A DNA stretch of 64,000 nt from Balanoglossus misakiensis (lineage: Eukaryota > Animalia > Hemichordata): contig CM082597.2 in assembly GCA_040954595.2 (NCBI GenBank), forward strand, positions 310,001 to 374,000, in the 5' to 3' direction. The notes below the pieces were generated by a model. The model did no database searches, was not told the origin of the DNA, and was given only the letters and a program-made list of their open reading frames with translations. Position 1 is the stretch's first letter. Each line of letters begins with the position of its first letter. A program made the position numbers and the translations under genes. This document shows positions 14,401 through 27,467 of this stretch, in pieces.

Positions 14401-15308
14401 TACACCTTAAGCAGATCATGATCATACAAACCCAGAGACTAAATTTCTTGCATGTTAACAGACACCACTTGAGGTGGTGTGGAGAACTTGTACCTATATT
14501 TATTTCATTTCCCTGAAGTCGTATTACAAATGGATATTAAGCAATATGCCAAGGGGTTAGTCTTTATAATGGCCACCGTACCACACTTTGAGGAAAGAAG
14601 AGTTTGATGTGATGATTGCAAATTAGATATATGCCCAGCAGCAAGATGCAATGCATTTGTCATATTTTTCTGATGGAATGACATTTAGAGACAGGACAAT
14701 TAGCAAATCTGTCTCTCAGGTAAAAGCGAAATGTCATGTAATGGTTATGCAAGATGAGTACAGATCCACACAAGAGATGTAGAATTGAATGTCAAACCAA
14801 CGTTTATGTTACAACAACCATCAGCATATAGCTGCACCAAAACTTTGTACAGAGTGGTGAAAACAACAAAGTTTGCTGAACGCATGGGTAGCGAATGATG
14901 GATGATATGTAAACATTCAAGCCAATACGCCTCATCTAATGCAAGTTGTCAAAGTAGTTTATGATACTGAACAAAATCTTGAGAAATTTAGACTACATGT
15001 ATTATCCATTTGGGAAACTGCATTTTTTTAAATTTAATATGTGTACGTCCACTGTTTAGACTGGCACATAATCTACATGAAGGTCTCAACAGAATTGTTG
15101 CTATCTTCATTGACAGGTGAGAGCTCAAATAGCCCGCAAGAAACAGACCATTGAATTGACACACGGCCTGAGTTTTACTGGAGTGACACCAACCACTGGA
15201 TACACGTCAAATCGAGTTCGACCCAGCACAAGTAGCGAGGAGATGACACGTACGGTATGAAAATAAACAATAAAAGTATTATTACTGATATGATCAATGG
15301 TAGCTTCA

Positions 15309-15379
<71 letters not shown>

Positions 15380-15400
15380 CATACTTGCCTACATATTTTC

Positions 15401-15436
<36 letters not shown>

Positions 15437-15709
15437 CTCTCTCTCTCTCTCTCTCTCTGTCTATCTCTGTCTATCTGCCTGCTAGTGCTAGCAGTCTGTC
15501 TCTCTGCCCTTCTCTCTCTGTGTTCCCTTTTTAAAAATCATTTCTTCCCAATGCACACTCTGTTTATCACCATCGTATACATTTCATTACTGAGACAAGT
15601 ATATTTCTTTTTCTTTTCCATGTAGAATATTGCCAGTCGTTCCTCAATCCGTATATCGCTCGATAACGGAATTCAGGAAGAAGACATCAATGATGACAAC
15701 TTAATGTAA
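2445..15709 (+). CDS. Adhesion GPCR A (class B2, ADGRD/ADGRL-like 7TM): signal peptide, 3 Ig, Ca-binding EGF, Cys-rich module, GAIN/GPS, 7TM; 23 coding exons, ~1029 aa
   Basis: Manually spliced exons with consistent phases: 2445-2496, 2751-3056 (Ig1), 3941-4258 (Ig2), 4550-4867 (Ig3), 5042-5149 ([14 protein letters not shown]...), 5287-5364, 5652-5714, 6225-6278, 6505-6593, 6734-6847, 7102-7243, 7650-7769, 8007-8073, 8295-8462, 9304-9424 (GPS WSSEGC...CFCNHL|TSFAVLM), 10549-10652 (TM1, GC donor), 11168-11267, 12293-12449 ([21 protein letters not shown]), 12628-12694, 13000-13152 ([16 protein letters not shown]), 13803-13971 ([12 protein letters not shown]...[14 protein letters not shown]), 15117-15254, 15626-15709 (TAA). 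Total 3090 nt, open throughout. Confidence 0.93.
2751..4867 (+). CDS. Gene A exons 2-4: three Ig domains, one per phase-1 exon
   Basis: Each exon has the C...W-x-K-D...Y-x-L-x-I/L...D-x-G/A-x-Y/F-x-C Ig pattern (ORFs 2738-3082, 3925-4404, 4498-4887). Confidence 0.92.
9304..9424 (+). CDS. Gene A GPS exon with canonical autoproteolysis site HL|T and tethered agonist TSFAVLM
   Basis: Translation [41 protein letters not shown]. Confidence 0.95.
9540..9712. repeat. Compound (TCAT)n/(TCAC)n microsatellite, intronic
   Basis: Directly visible tetranucleotide runs. Confidence 0.95.
15309..15478. repeat. Compound (CTAT)n/(CT)n microsatellite in the last intron of gene A
   Basis: Directly visible. 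Confidence 0.95.
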
Positions 15710-16314
15710 AGAAGACACAGACTGCCTTTGTCGCAAACAATATCGACTTTTCAATTTGAGGTCTATAATCTTAATCTATGACTATGTAAATAGAGTACAT
15801 ACATGAATATCGATACAGATTTATAAAGAATTAACGAAGTCCTATATCATCATGATAAATATTTAAAACAATTTTATTCTTACATTTAGGGATATCTTAT
15901 TGCAGATATTTATTGCGTTCCTGATTTTTGAGTGATGTTGCTATGTGATTTTTGTCCAACAACTCTGCGTGACACAAGTAATCTATCTCAAATGGTTTGT
16001 GAATAGGCTAGCTTATATCACATTTGCTTGTTACTACGGTAACTGTTTACTCAGTAACATCTGTTCAGTTATTTTTCAGGATTGTGTTATTCCCATCATA
16101 TACATCTCAAACTCTTCTTAGTTTGTAACTTGATTTAAATGATAATTTTCAATCCGTGTGTGAAAAATGTCCAACCTTCGAGAACCGCACTTTTTAATGA
16201 GGAGAATAGTGTAAAAATTGTTGATTGGTATTTGAGATTTAGCAATACTTGTATTACTTTTTCTGGAAAGTCATGTTATTCATATAAGTGTTGTATGGTT
16301 TATCATATGTCATG

Positions 16315-16320
16315 ATTAAA
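16315..16320 (+). promoter_or_regulatory. Putative polyadenylation signal (ATTAAA) of gene A
   Basis: ATTAAA ~600 nt after the stop codon, followed ~20 nt later by a GT/T-rich tract (ttgtgtcttattctgt). Confidence 0.4.
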
Positions 16321-18135
16321 AATTTCAAAATACATCAACCTTGTGTCTTATTCTGTACCCATCCTACAGTGAAACTCCTACATTGAAGGTTTAGCAAATT
16401 GTTCACATCATTAAAAGACCCTGCAGTTGTCGATCACGGCGGTCTCAGTTTTCAGGCCAAAACGATTCAGTACAATGACATTATGGTTTTCGCATCATCC
16501 AATTACACATGCCCGGAGAAAAAAAGCAATTACTGAAATACTTTGACTGACACTGATCCCACAATCAAACATGCCCCAAAGAAAGTACAATCTCAAATAT
16601 ATTGTCAGGACAGTAAAGTCATTCAAAGTTGGAATAATGTTTCACATGTAAAGTACCTTAGGCAACAACCTTTGAAAATTCGTACACAGAGTGAAGGTAC
16701 ATTGAACGCTGTGGAAAAGAAATCTAAATGCCCAAGAATTCACCCAGATAATGACTGCTGATTTCAATTTCCAATATTTTGTGTGTATTTGTTTCTGAAA
16801 CAACCCCTCTGATTTCCAGCTTCTTAGGGTTACAGTTAGATGTATCTTCAAATGTGAGAATATATTTATCAGAAATAATAGTAACATACTCATTAATTTA
16901 ATGATGCTGACTGAGATTTAAAAAAGTGAATGCAATTGCAAAGCTTACAGATACATGTCGTTATCTCGTATGCAAAACCTTCATGGTTCTACTGCCACCA
17001 TTATCCATCTATTTCTTCCTTTCAAACTCGGTTAATACTCTGAAAGTCTATCACAATTATTTGCTCGCATATTCGCAAATCTTTTACCGATGTGTTACCA
17101 ATATCGCTATAACAGTTAAGCGGATTTAGAGTTTACTTAAAGTACAGTTGCAAGAACCCAGTTTTTAACTTGATGTGGCTTGCACACGCATAAAGTTATC
17201 AGGAATGGGAAAAAGATTCAATTGGATTCTATATTGGTACAATACATAACCAGGATTACTGAAACAACTTGGATGCAACTGACGGTGGGGTGGGGTTGGA
17301 GAGTAATTAAAGTGGGCACTGCATGCAAAGAATTTAGAATTGCCGTACAGAGAAATGAGCAGCCTCATTTTTATTGTACAACTGCATATTACATCAAGAC
17401 CAATGCGTTTAATGGAATTAAAGGGTAGCTAATTGAAATGTTTGTAATTTGCTTCTGGAATTGAAAGAAATGAAGCCGTGTGCATTGTCTGAAAATGTGA
17501 TCTCATAAATCACACAGTATGGAGCTAATAGTATCACTCACTCAAACAAATTAACAAAATCTGTCTTATTTTCCTGCCTTTTCACACTTTTGTTAATCAC
17601 ATGATCACCCACATCCATCTACCGGGTATATGCATTGCATGCTGGGTGGACAATATAAGGATTTAGATTCAATCCATGTTAATGAGAGCTATATCTTATC
17701 ATAAGACACGCCTATCATGCATTGAATGTAACAATGTCACAGGTAATACCTAAGCAATATACCACACAATCCCAGGAAGTTCAACAGTAGAGATTCAGGC
17801 TATATAAAGCATGCATGTAGGAATGAAACTGTATTAATCTTCCATCTTTTTAATATTAGAATCCAAACTGTCCAAATACTTTTTCTTTTCACTGCGATAA
17901 TCGCTTCACGCTCATTTCTGATTCAAATAGAACCCCATTAGTTCTTTCATGTTGCTATGGCAACTAAAAAGTACTTATGAAGAGTAATATATCTGCGGCA
18001 CCGAGTAGCCAAAGTCGGCTTCGGCACAAACAAGCCAGGCGGCTAACTGGCGGGAACCGCTTTGCCGTTTGACGGCCACATTTATGTTGAATCTTTTTAG
18101 CTTTAATAGTTGTATCGACTGCGACTGTTTTGGGG

Positions 18136-21100
18136 ATGGATCGACTGCTAATCTTCATTCTGCGAATGTTATGTGTTCATCTGTTTAGAGTTGACAGCCA
18201 AGGTACGTACACCCTTGATACAATATGATGCAAACTAAACTGCATGTCATGTACCATCTGCTGCAAATAATTTGATTTCCCCCCTTTTACAGAACTTTTG
18301 AAAGATTTCCATTTCTCTTTTTTCGATTCTACGTTGCTAGGAAAGCATTAAATTCAGTTCGATCATAGGGCAAAATGTAATCAAATGTCATCTTTCCTTT
18401 TTCAGGCACAACACTTGGACCAATGTCAACTCCAATCACACAAACGCAAGAGCCGGTACTGCAGTCTTTGCGACATGGACCTGAAGATACATATGTCTTT
18501 GAAGGACAGACAACAATCCTTTCCTGCTCTGTTGACAATAAAGTTGGCAAGATTCACTGGAAACGAAACGGGATAAGAATCACCAATGAAGCCTCTATTC
18601 TCACAGACCATGACAGACTTGCAATCGATGGTGATATGGCAAATGGCGTATATACATATAATTTACAAATTTCACCAACTTTACTAACAGACTCAGGATC
18701 ATATATATGTGTTGTTATGTCCGTTGACGAACATCCATGGTTGCTATCAGATCCAGCGAATCTCTACATCAATCAAGGTAACATTCTGTTTTTTGGATTA
18801 ATTGAATTTAGTAGATGACTAAAAACACAGTAGGGTTCCATAGAAACATTGATTAAAACATAACTCATTCTTATTTTTCCTAGATATTATATACATACCA
18901 CACTTTTAGCACACTAGGTACCCTTTGCTTAGTAACCTGTCTATAGTTAATCAGGTTAAGAGATACAATTTTGATTTAGGATAGCACATTTTTCATAAAC
19001 TGGAAAATATGTTTCTCGGCTGGACATAAATCTGGAGTTCAGTGTAGCAACTCCAGTGTACCATGTTATGTCATTTCACTAACATCACAATTTTACGACT
19101 TGCTCAAAGGTTTATAGTCTCTTGGGAACCGTAAATTTGCAATAAATTTCAAAGGATATGACCTGCTTTAATACCAGTGCAGTTTCATGATATTCATAAA
19201 AGATTTGCATAACTTGCTATTCGCCATTTCGTACAATTATGTGATGTGCCATCAACATTAAATACTTCTTGTTTACAAATCAATGACCACTGCCGTCTCC
19301 ACCACAAAAAACATATCTATTGGTTAGTTGTAACAACATAATATTGAAACACCAATACCAAAAGCTGAAGAATTATAACAAAATTTACTCTGTTTGTCAG
19401 GTATTATGTGTTACGAAAATCTTGGTATTTACCAGTGCATGTGCAGAGACGCCATCAATCGTACTGAAGAAGCAGAAGGTATGACTATTATTTGATAAAT
19501 TAAATTTTTGCAAGAATAAATATCTGCCATTTAATACAGACAATGATATTAATATACTAAAATATCATTCTTGTGTGTTTGTCTTCATAAAAAATAATTC
19601 TTATTGATATCTTTATCATCCTGTCCATCACAGTTGCTACAGTTGTAATGTCCCCGAATGACATAGATGGTGGCATCTATGAATTAACTTTAACAGATGG
19701 TGAGTATTGTAAAATAATTGCAAGATTTCACTGCATGGTTTACGAGTTATTTGTCAAAAATGTTAAGCACCATGAATGCATCGCTGTATACTATTTTTAT
19801 CACATATACAATGTTAGAGATAACTGCTGCATGTTGATGATTGAAGAGAATTATTGTTCACTTACACTTTCTCTGATTCATACTTCTCTTTCTTATTTAA
19901 GGAATCAGTGAATGTGTATGTCATCGTTGTGTAATGGATATTGATATCAATACAGGTATGTTTTACAGTTATTTCCACAATTTCCTGTGCTGGGTAGACA
20001 TCCGCCTGTCTGAAACACATACATTCGAACATGATTATTAATCATTCAATGCGCACATCTGCAGAGAGCATTGGCAACATGGGAGTGTGGTATTTGGTCA
20101 AATTAAGTGTTTCCACAATCCATTTGCAACAGTTTCTATGAGAAAACATCACCTTTTTCAACTATCGCTTGGAGCATTGAACAACCAGACTATCCATTTC
20201 ATTTGGATATTACCGTTCCTAGTTTTAACGAGATTACGTGAAAATAGAGTGTTAACAACCCACGCTCCATTAAAATGGGAGGAAAATGTATTTTTTTTAA
20301 TATTAACCTTACAGCAGTGTTTTTCTGTGATGGATTTAGCTTAAAGGGACAAACCTGTAACTTTTGGATATTCATTTCAGTATTTGCGTTCTGTGTATCA
20401 AGGGCAAATTTAATGTTTCAGTCCTTCTAAAATACACCGTCAATACCGGTACATGTCAACATAGCCTTGAGCCATGATCACTGTTATTGTTGACAAATAA
20501 CTTCTAGGGGTGATAAGCTAAATTACTTTAGGCTTTTCCATTATCCATCAAAGATTCAATCACAAATCTGAAGTAGACAAATGGACAAAAATACCAAGAA
20601 TATTGCCAAAAGTTACAGCTAATGGATCTTTAACTAGTATTCTAGCCCTCAGACGGTTTGTCAGAAAAATGCTGTCGGCAGAGTTACAAACGTTGGTAAT
20701 GTGTTTATTGCAAATTTCCTTCCGGGAACACATTTTCAGTAATTGAAATTTTCTGCAATTATCCATTAAGCTTTTCAGTTGCCATTATTGTTTCTGAGTG
20801 GCTGAGTTTCAATAATGCAATAACCATACACTACTAAGAGTTCGCAAATGAGGTTTCTACACTTCAGAAATAGTGTACAGTAATGTCAGCCCGGTTATAC
20901 TTCACAGGTTTTGCCTGAAAACTTTTAACGCTATTAGCTGTATGACTCAGAATTCATAGTGACTTTGAAGCGACAGTTTCATATTTGCAATTGCTGCAAC
21001 TGCATTTTGTCAGAATGTGTCAGCAGATGGCTATGATGAATCTTTGCATGGATTCAAGATAAAGGTCAAACGAACTTGGTTTCTTTGTCCTGCCTTCTCC

Positions 21101-24100
21101 TCCATATCTGAAGACGCTTTTCTGTAGATTCCAAAACTACATTTAATTTGACGACAGTGCTCACTCAACACAACAGCCCATTCACACAGTCCTTAATACT
21201 TTCTATCCTTCATTATTCCGTTGCAAACTCCAGCTGTACCCAAAACCTTAACAGCCAAGGAAAAGTATCATTTAACGATCACCAAACATATTTAGGCATC
21301 TAAAGACAAGTATAAGAGACTATTCGCGGAATCGCTTATTTTATACTTTCCAGTTTTAACATTTATAATCATTGACACTGATAAAATATATCTTTCTAAA
21401 GGAGTTGACCTTCTTAAGTGTAATGCAAATGTCACCGAAGCAGACATGTGCCCACCACCATCCAATGGAACTGCATGGCAAAAACGGGTAAGTTATTCAA
21501 GATTACACCACCATTAGAGTAATTTCTTAATTATTTACACACTGGGAAGCAGCTGTATATAACTATGCTTATCGCTTATTTCATATATGCAACATTGCTA
21601 TTCTTAAACAACCGAGTGCGTGTTTGAAACAATTGAAACTAATTTCACTGACGCCATACCCATGAGTTTAATGTCTATACACTTTTCGTATGCTTGTAGT
21701 TATTGCATACTAGTGCGACTTAACTTCATTGACAACATGGACAACTATCATTTAATACCAGTACATAAATAAAGTCGTTCATGTGATAAGGACCCCATTT
21801 CAAAAAATACTCAGGTGGCTTGTTTTGGAGCTTGTACTGAAATATTTATTATTTAGTTTACAGAAATATCTGCAGTAACCCCTAAAGAAACAACTACTGA
21901 TGTCATAGTTGAGAATTTTGAGGTTGTGTTACAAATGGGTGTAAAGGCTATCATTGAAGACTACAGAATGGTATGTATGTACAGTGTTTGTGTGTGTGTG
22001 TGAGGGGTGTGTGTGTGTGTGTATGTGTGTGTATGTTTATACATGGACGTGTGTGTCTCTATCTTATTTTACTTTTGCTGTCAAATATTTTATTGCTGAA
22101 TAAATTTCAGGGAAACGGCAGGGCTACAGTTTGCACAGATTATTGTGGAGACATTACACAAGAAATTGATACATTTGGTTTGGAACTGATACAAGAATTG
22201 CATGGTCGATACATAGACAATGTGTCTGTAACAATTCGAATGGAGAACATAGAATTAGGTAAGATGTCTATTATACTTTACTGCATCAATCTACAAGGCA
22301 TTTCATCGCCTGGGACAACTTCACAAATTCATGTGTTTGGCTAGAGAAAATGTTATTAACGAAATTCCAGATCTTCTAAATAATGGTGAGTGTCCAGAAA
22401 TGTAATTTTTTATATTTGTTTTGTCAGGCTTTGATATAGCACTGAAGAGTTTAGTCAACGAGGATTTTGAAGAGTACACGTTTCATTCTGATGTGAATTC
22501 ATCGAAATCAGAAAGCATTACATTACCCAGACAAGTTCTACCTACTGGTAAGTGCCTTATACTCAACCTCTGTTATGGACAGATACTGTACTTTGCCCTT
22601 ACAAAACCTGATGTACATCCATGTACTAACTAAATTGTTTTAATGGTAATCTCTAGGGACTGGCTATATTGTGAATGTGAGATATGGTAACCCAGACATC
22701 GTCATGAAAACAACAAATGCAAGGTATTTTGTTTTTAACATGCTAATGAACACTTTCAGATGAAGTGCTTATAATGATGTTGTAAGGCCATTCAGCACTG
22801 CCAAATTACACGCATCTGCCATTTTGAAATACAACATCTTTTAACACATCAAACTTACTACTTTGTTACATTGTTCATTCTAGCTCAGGTAATTGGTCAC
22901 TGAATAGTGCAATTTTATCAAGTACAGTACAACCAGCATTTGAAACACCTTTACCACATGATTCGCCAGTTAAACTTGTGTTTCACCATCTGGACACGAT
23001 CTCCGATGGAAACGTCTCATGTGAGTTCATCGACGTTGCAAATGTAATCAGGCAAGTAATCGTGATCATCTTTGTAAATGGAAATAATGTCGCTGTTTTC
23101 CTAGCTTTTACTGGACACCAAGTATAACCAGAGATATCTTTTACAATTTCTAATTTCAGTGGTTCGTCGTCATGGAGCTCTGTTGGATGTCACGTGAATT
23201 TCACAAATCTAACGACAACTATCTGCCATTGTTTACATCTCACCAGTTTCGGTGTTCTTGTCCGACTCCGCGATTTCGAGGTAAGCATTTTTTTTTAATC
23301 TGTCGACATGATGTTAGCGTTTTGTGGGTTTGAACAGATGTCTCAAAGAGTGGACATGAGGCACACACTTGATGCAATGTGACGTCAGGATTTTGAGAAC
23401 CAAAAGGGTGACATTTCTGTAACTATAATCAAGTTCTATGAATGCTTAACATGCCTTAAAGACAAAGGTATGGTGTCAGTCCCAGTGTCCGATTTATAAG
23501 TGGTTTTTGTTATCATTAACAGATGCCTAAAATTCACGCCAAGTCACTGGAACTGATCAGTGTTATCGGATGCAGCATTTCGATATTCTCAATTGCCTTG
23601 ACAATTCTTACTTTTGCTTTGCTTGGGTAAGTATACATGTTCACTGTCTAGTCAGTTGCTTGGATAGAAACTTATATAGCTTTTGATGTAATTTTCTGTA
23701 CACTTGGGTAAGTGTAACAAGTATCGGAACATCCAAAACATATTCAATGTTACATGCAATGAAATCATCGATGAATCATAAATTGTCTTTACCAACTTTG
23801 GGGAAGACACAATAAAATGACAGATCTTTTCAGTGTTTCTTTCATATTTTGCTTTTAGGTTGTGTAAAAATGAAAGAATGATACATGTGAATCTTTGCCT
23901 TGCAATCGGAATTGGCCAAATCATCTTCTTAGCTGGCATTGGGAAGACCGAAAACAAGGTGAAACAACTCTTCCGTTGTCCACATTAAATTTCAACAGAA
24001 TTTTTGTTGTATGGAGTTTGTACACCCAACAAAGAACATGAATGATATTACATCGACAACAGTAGAAGAATAGCCACAACTCGTCAAATATTAATTGGTT

Positions 24101-25851
24101 TTATAATCATCACAACAGATTAATTGACCGCTGTATTCATATTGGATGGCCTTCTGTTTGCCTCATTGTTGATGATTTCATAAATGGCGTGTGATGTCAT
24201 TTCCTTTTTCTTTCTGCAGATTGCCTGCGCAACCGTTGCTGTTCTGCTTCATTATTTCTTTACAGCAGTTTTCTGCTGGATGCTCGTAGAGGGCGTACAA
24301 CTCTATCTGCAACTTGTCGTGGTGTTCGACACATCTCGTTTCAAACGATTCCTTGTGTATTATCTGATTGGATGGGGTACGTACAGTCACATGACAACCA
24401 GAAAACAATTACCTTTGAATGGTCCTATGGACTGTCTCTCTTCACAGCAATTGATAATTAACAACGTAGCTAAAATGTTTTTGACGGAACTTAACTAAGT
24501 CCTTTTGAAACATGACAAGGAAACGATTCAATGACTCGACCAACTAGGACATCATGTGCAATTAAGTAAACCAAACAATAGTAACCCAATTCCTGTGAAA
24601 ATTTATCAACGCAATACCTGTCTTAATTATTATCCAATTTGTAAATGACCTTGCAGGAATACCGTTGGCGATTGTGGCAATTTCTGCCGGTATAGGACAT
24701 CAACACTATGGTACACAGAACAAGTGAGTCAATTGATTAATTGTGTTGTTTTAATGTATTTTCATTTCTTTATATGACACCGTGTTTGCTTTCTCAAAGA
24801 CATATATTACTCTATGCCCTTAATCTCAATACCGGTATCTATCTTTCACTAGTTGCTGGTTGTCATTACAAAACGGAATGATATTTGCTTTCGTTGGACC
24901 TGTGTTGACGGTTGTTTTCTTCAATATGGCCGTCTTGGGGATCACTGTTCGCGTCATAACTCAGCTTCAGACAAACTCTCCTGATGACAAATACATTAAT
25001 GCGAGGTAGGCAACTTATCGGTGTCTTTCTGTCCAGTTCCACAATGCATTCTGCGTTACAACAAAGACACCTGGGAAGTGTCATTTTTTCAATACATCTT
25101 TGTGTATAAAAACTGACTGGACTAAGATATTGTTTATTGATGTAAGGCCAGGATGGTGCTTGGTCTTTGCTGTTCATGTTTTGCTGTTGCCGCCTTTTTA
25201 CATTTGAACAACTATTACAGTGCATTTCATTCAAATCGCGTCCTACAGTTGCATTCCATTTCAAGCAAAGAAAGGATGCGAACAGCAGTGACTAAGCAAA
25301 AGTAAACAGCTGATTTGAGTCAGATGTCACATCTCCATCATTTATATTTGCTCACTCTCCTTTAGATCAAGTTTAAAAGCTGCCATAATTCTGCTACCAC
25401 TCCTGGGAGTCACATGGCTTTTTGGATTATTATCTGTCAACCAACACACCATTTTCTTTGACTACATCTTCGCTATTCTGAACTCATTACAAGGATTCTT
25501 TATATTCATCTTCTACTGTTGGAACAGCACTGAGGTAAGTACACAAAATGCACTTTATGTGTAACATTGATGTACTCTTAAAAAAACTATTTATTAGGTT
25601 TAATACTGTGTTAGAAACATTTTCACAACTATGCCTTGATTGATTTAATTCCACTGTAATATCCTTTGTTATTAACAATTTTTTAATATCCTAATCTGTA
25701 GGTTCGTTCCCAGTTCGCTCGTAAGAAGAGGTCTTTCTTGACAATCAGAGAATGCAGCAACAGTCGTGGCTGGTCAACGTTCAGTATGTCGTCAAATCGG
25801 ATACAGCCGGCATCCGTGTCAACTGATAACACGTCCGTTAACAACAAATGA
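18136..25851 (+). CDS. Adhesion GPCR B, tandem paralog of A: signal peptide, 1 Ig, Cys-rich module, GAIN/GPS, 7TM; 19 coding exons, ~786 aa
   Basis: Exons: 18136-18202, 18406-18777 (Ig), 19401-19478, 19634-19699, 19902-19955, 21402-21487, 21857-21970, 22111-22258, 22428-22547, 22657-22723, 22884-23051 (GC donor), 23160-23280 (GPS CHCLHL|TSFGVLV), 23523-23626, 23859-23958, 24220-24376, 24657-24723, 24853-25005, 25366-25534, 25702-25851 (TGA). Most exon lengths equal those of gene A (78, 54, 114, 120, 67, 168, 121, 104, 100, 157, 67, 153, 169). Total 2361 nt, open. Confidence 0.93.
21989..22036. repeat. Interrupted (GT)n microsatellite
   Basis: Directly visible. Confidence 0.9.
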
Positions 25852-26877
25852 GCGTGGACAAATCTTCATTTGCATTTATCATATTGTTGTTGGAATTTCA
25901 CTCAGACAATACGACAAACCAACAAAGCAAATCATATTAAAAGATACATCTGCTAGAAATGTACAACGAACTATCATTTGCATCAATCTCTCCAGTTTTT
26001 AAACGTGTTTTGTACCTGTCCTTTCACCCTAAGGATTGACTTTTTAACCTTATTTTTGACTTTCAAACCTATTTGCAACCACTTTCTTGTTAGTCACAGG
26101 GTAATATTCATAATATTATACATAAATAATCTATATTATGGTATTTTCTACAGTAATCAGTATATTTTTAATTTATGGATAAACATATCTCGGATGGTAA
26201 TATTTTGAAGCCTGTTACTTTATAAAGTGTTTTTAATTTAGATGTTCATCAACTGTCAAGTGTCATGATCACTGAGTTGTGGATGATTAGTGAAGATCTC
26301 TTTCATTATGAGACAATGATTGATTAGCAGAAAACACAATTATTCATTTTAATCAACACACTTGCTTTAGTGATACTGATAGGAGCATGACAAGATTCAC
26401 TGTATGTAACAAAGCCAGTAGACAGTTTCCATACTGTAATAAATATATATACAGGTTTCCCTATATCATCAATATGAGTATATAGTTCCCCTAGTATAGT
26501 TAAGATCATCACTAGTTTTCTCATTCCAGTCATGTTAGTGGCAATTCACTGATGCACAGCACCAGCAGCCTATTGTTTCAAAAAAGATCAATGTTGCAAA
26601 AAAGAGTTTAGCTTAAAAATTTAGTAGATAAGTTAATTATTGTGCTTAGAGTACCCTTCTTATTTCCTGAATGTAACAAAGCATTGGCAGTGTTGCTCAG
26701 GAGGAGAAGCGGGAGGAGAGACGAGGTCCATTGAAATGATGTAAGATCAGTAAAACATATCATATTTATATTACCAAATACTTTATGTCCCATATACTAT
26801 ATGTTTTTGAATAAACTATATGTTGTATGTCATCATAGCAATTTTTGTCTTGGTTATTTGAGTCATCAAACACCTGC

Positions 26878-26902
26878 ATGATGATGGTGGTGGTGGTGGT
26901 GG

Positions 26903-26982
<80 letters not shown>

Positions 26983-27017
26983 GTAGTGGTGGTAGCAGTG
27001 GTGGTGGTGGTGGTGGT
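26878..27017. repeat. (GAT)n/(GGT)n microsatellite, intergenic between B and C
   Basis: Directly visible; it produces the spurious poly-M and poly-I ORFs. Confidence 0.95.
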
Positions 27018-27467
27018 AAAGTTGATGTGAAAACTATGTGTCATGTTCCCTATTTTATTTTGGTTTGGCTTCTGAGAAAAAGTCATCAAAATGGAACCAT
27101 TTGACATGTACTGGCATGTACTGGACCTCTGAACTCTCTCTATGTTTTTTAATCAATATTTAAGAAAGTATCACTTCCCCATGTGGAGGAGCCATCCTAT
27201 GTTAAACTAATGCCTATTTTACCCCCAAAACACAAGGTAACTGAACAATTGGAAAGTATATCCTCTCGCGATTTAATTACTGCCCAGACAAAACGTTGTG
27301 GAACCAATTAGAGAAGCCGGACACAAGAGTCTCTTGGGAGAACAGAAAAAATGAAACTACGCATGCCTGCACCTTCAGAGGCAGAAGAAACATATCACAA
27401 GGCAACACTGGGATAGTGAGTGGTCTGTAAAGTGGCGATATCAGAATTGACATTAACTTAGAGCGAG

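Noticed and set aside
20341-21196. TTAAAGGGAC...GTCCTTAA as a Kolobok/piggyBac-type MITE in a gene B intron
   Set aside because: The two ends are not convincing inverted repeats; cannot be supported without a genome search.
26766-27107. Poly-I/poly-M ORFs (also 28466-28678, 49055-49237, 15257-15625)
   Set aside because: Translations of simple repeats; no splice-consistent coding role.
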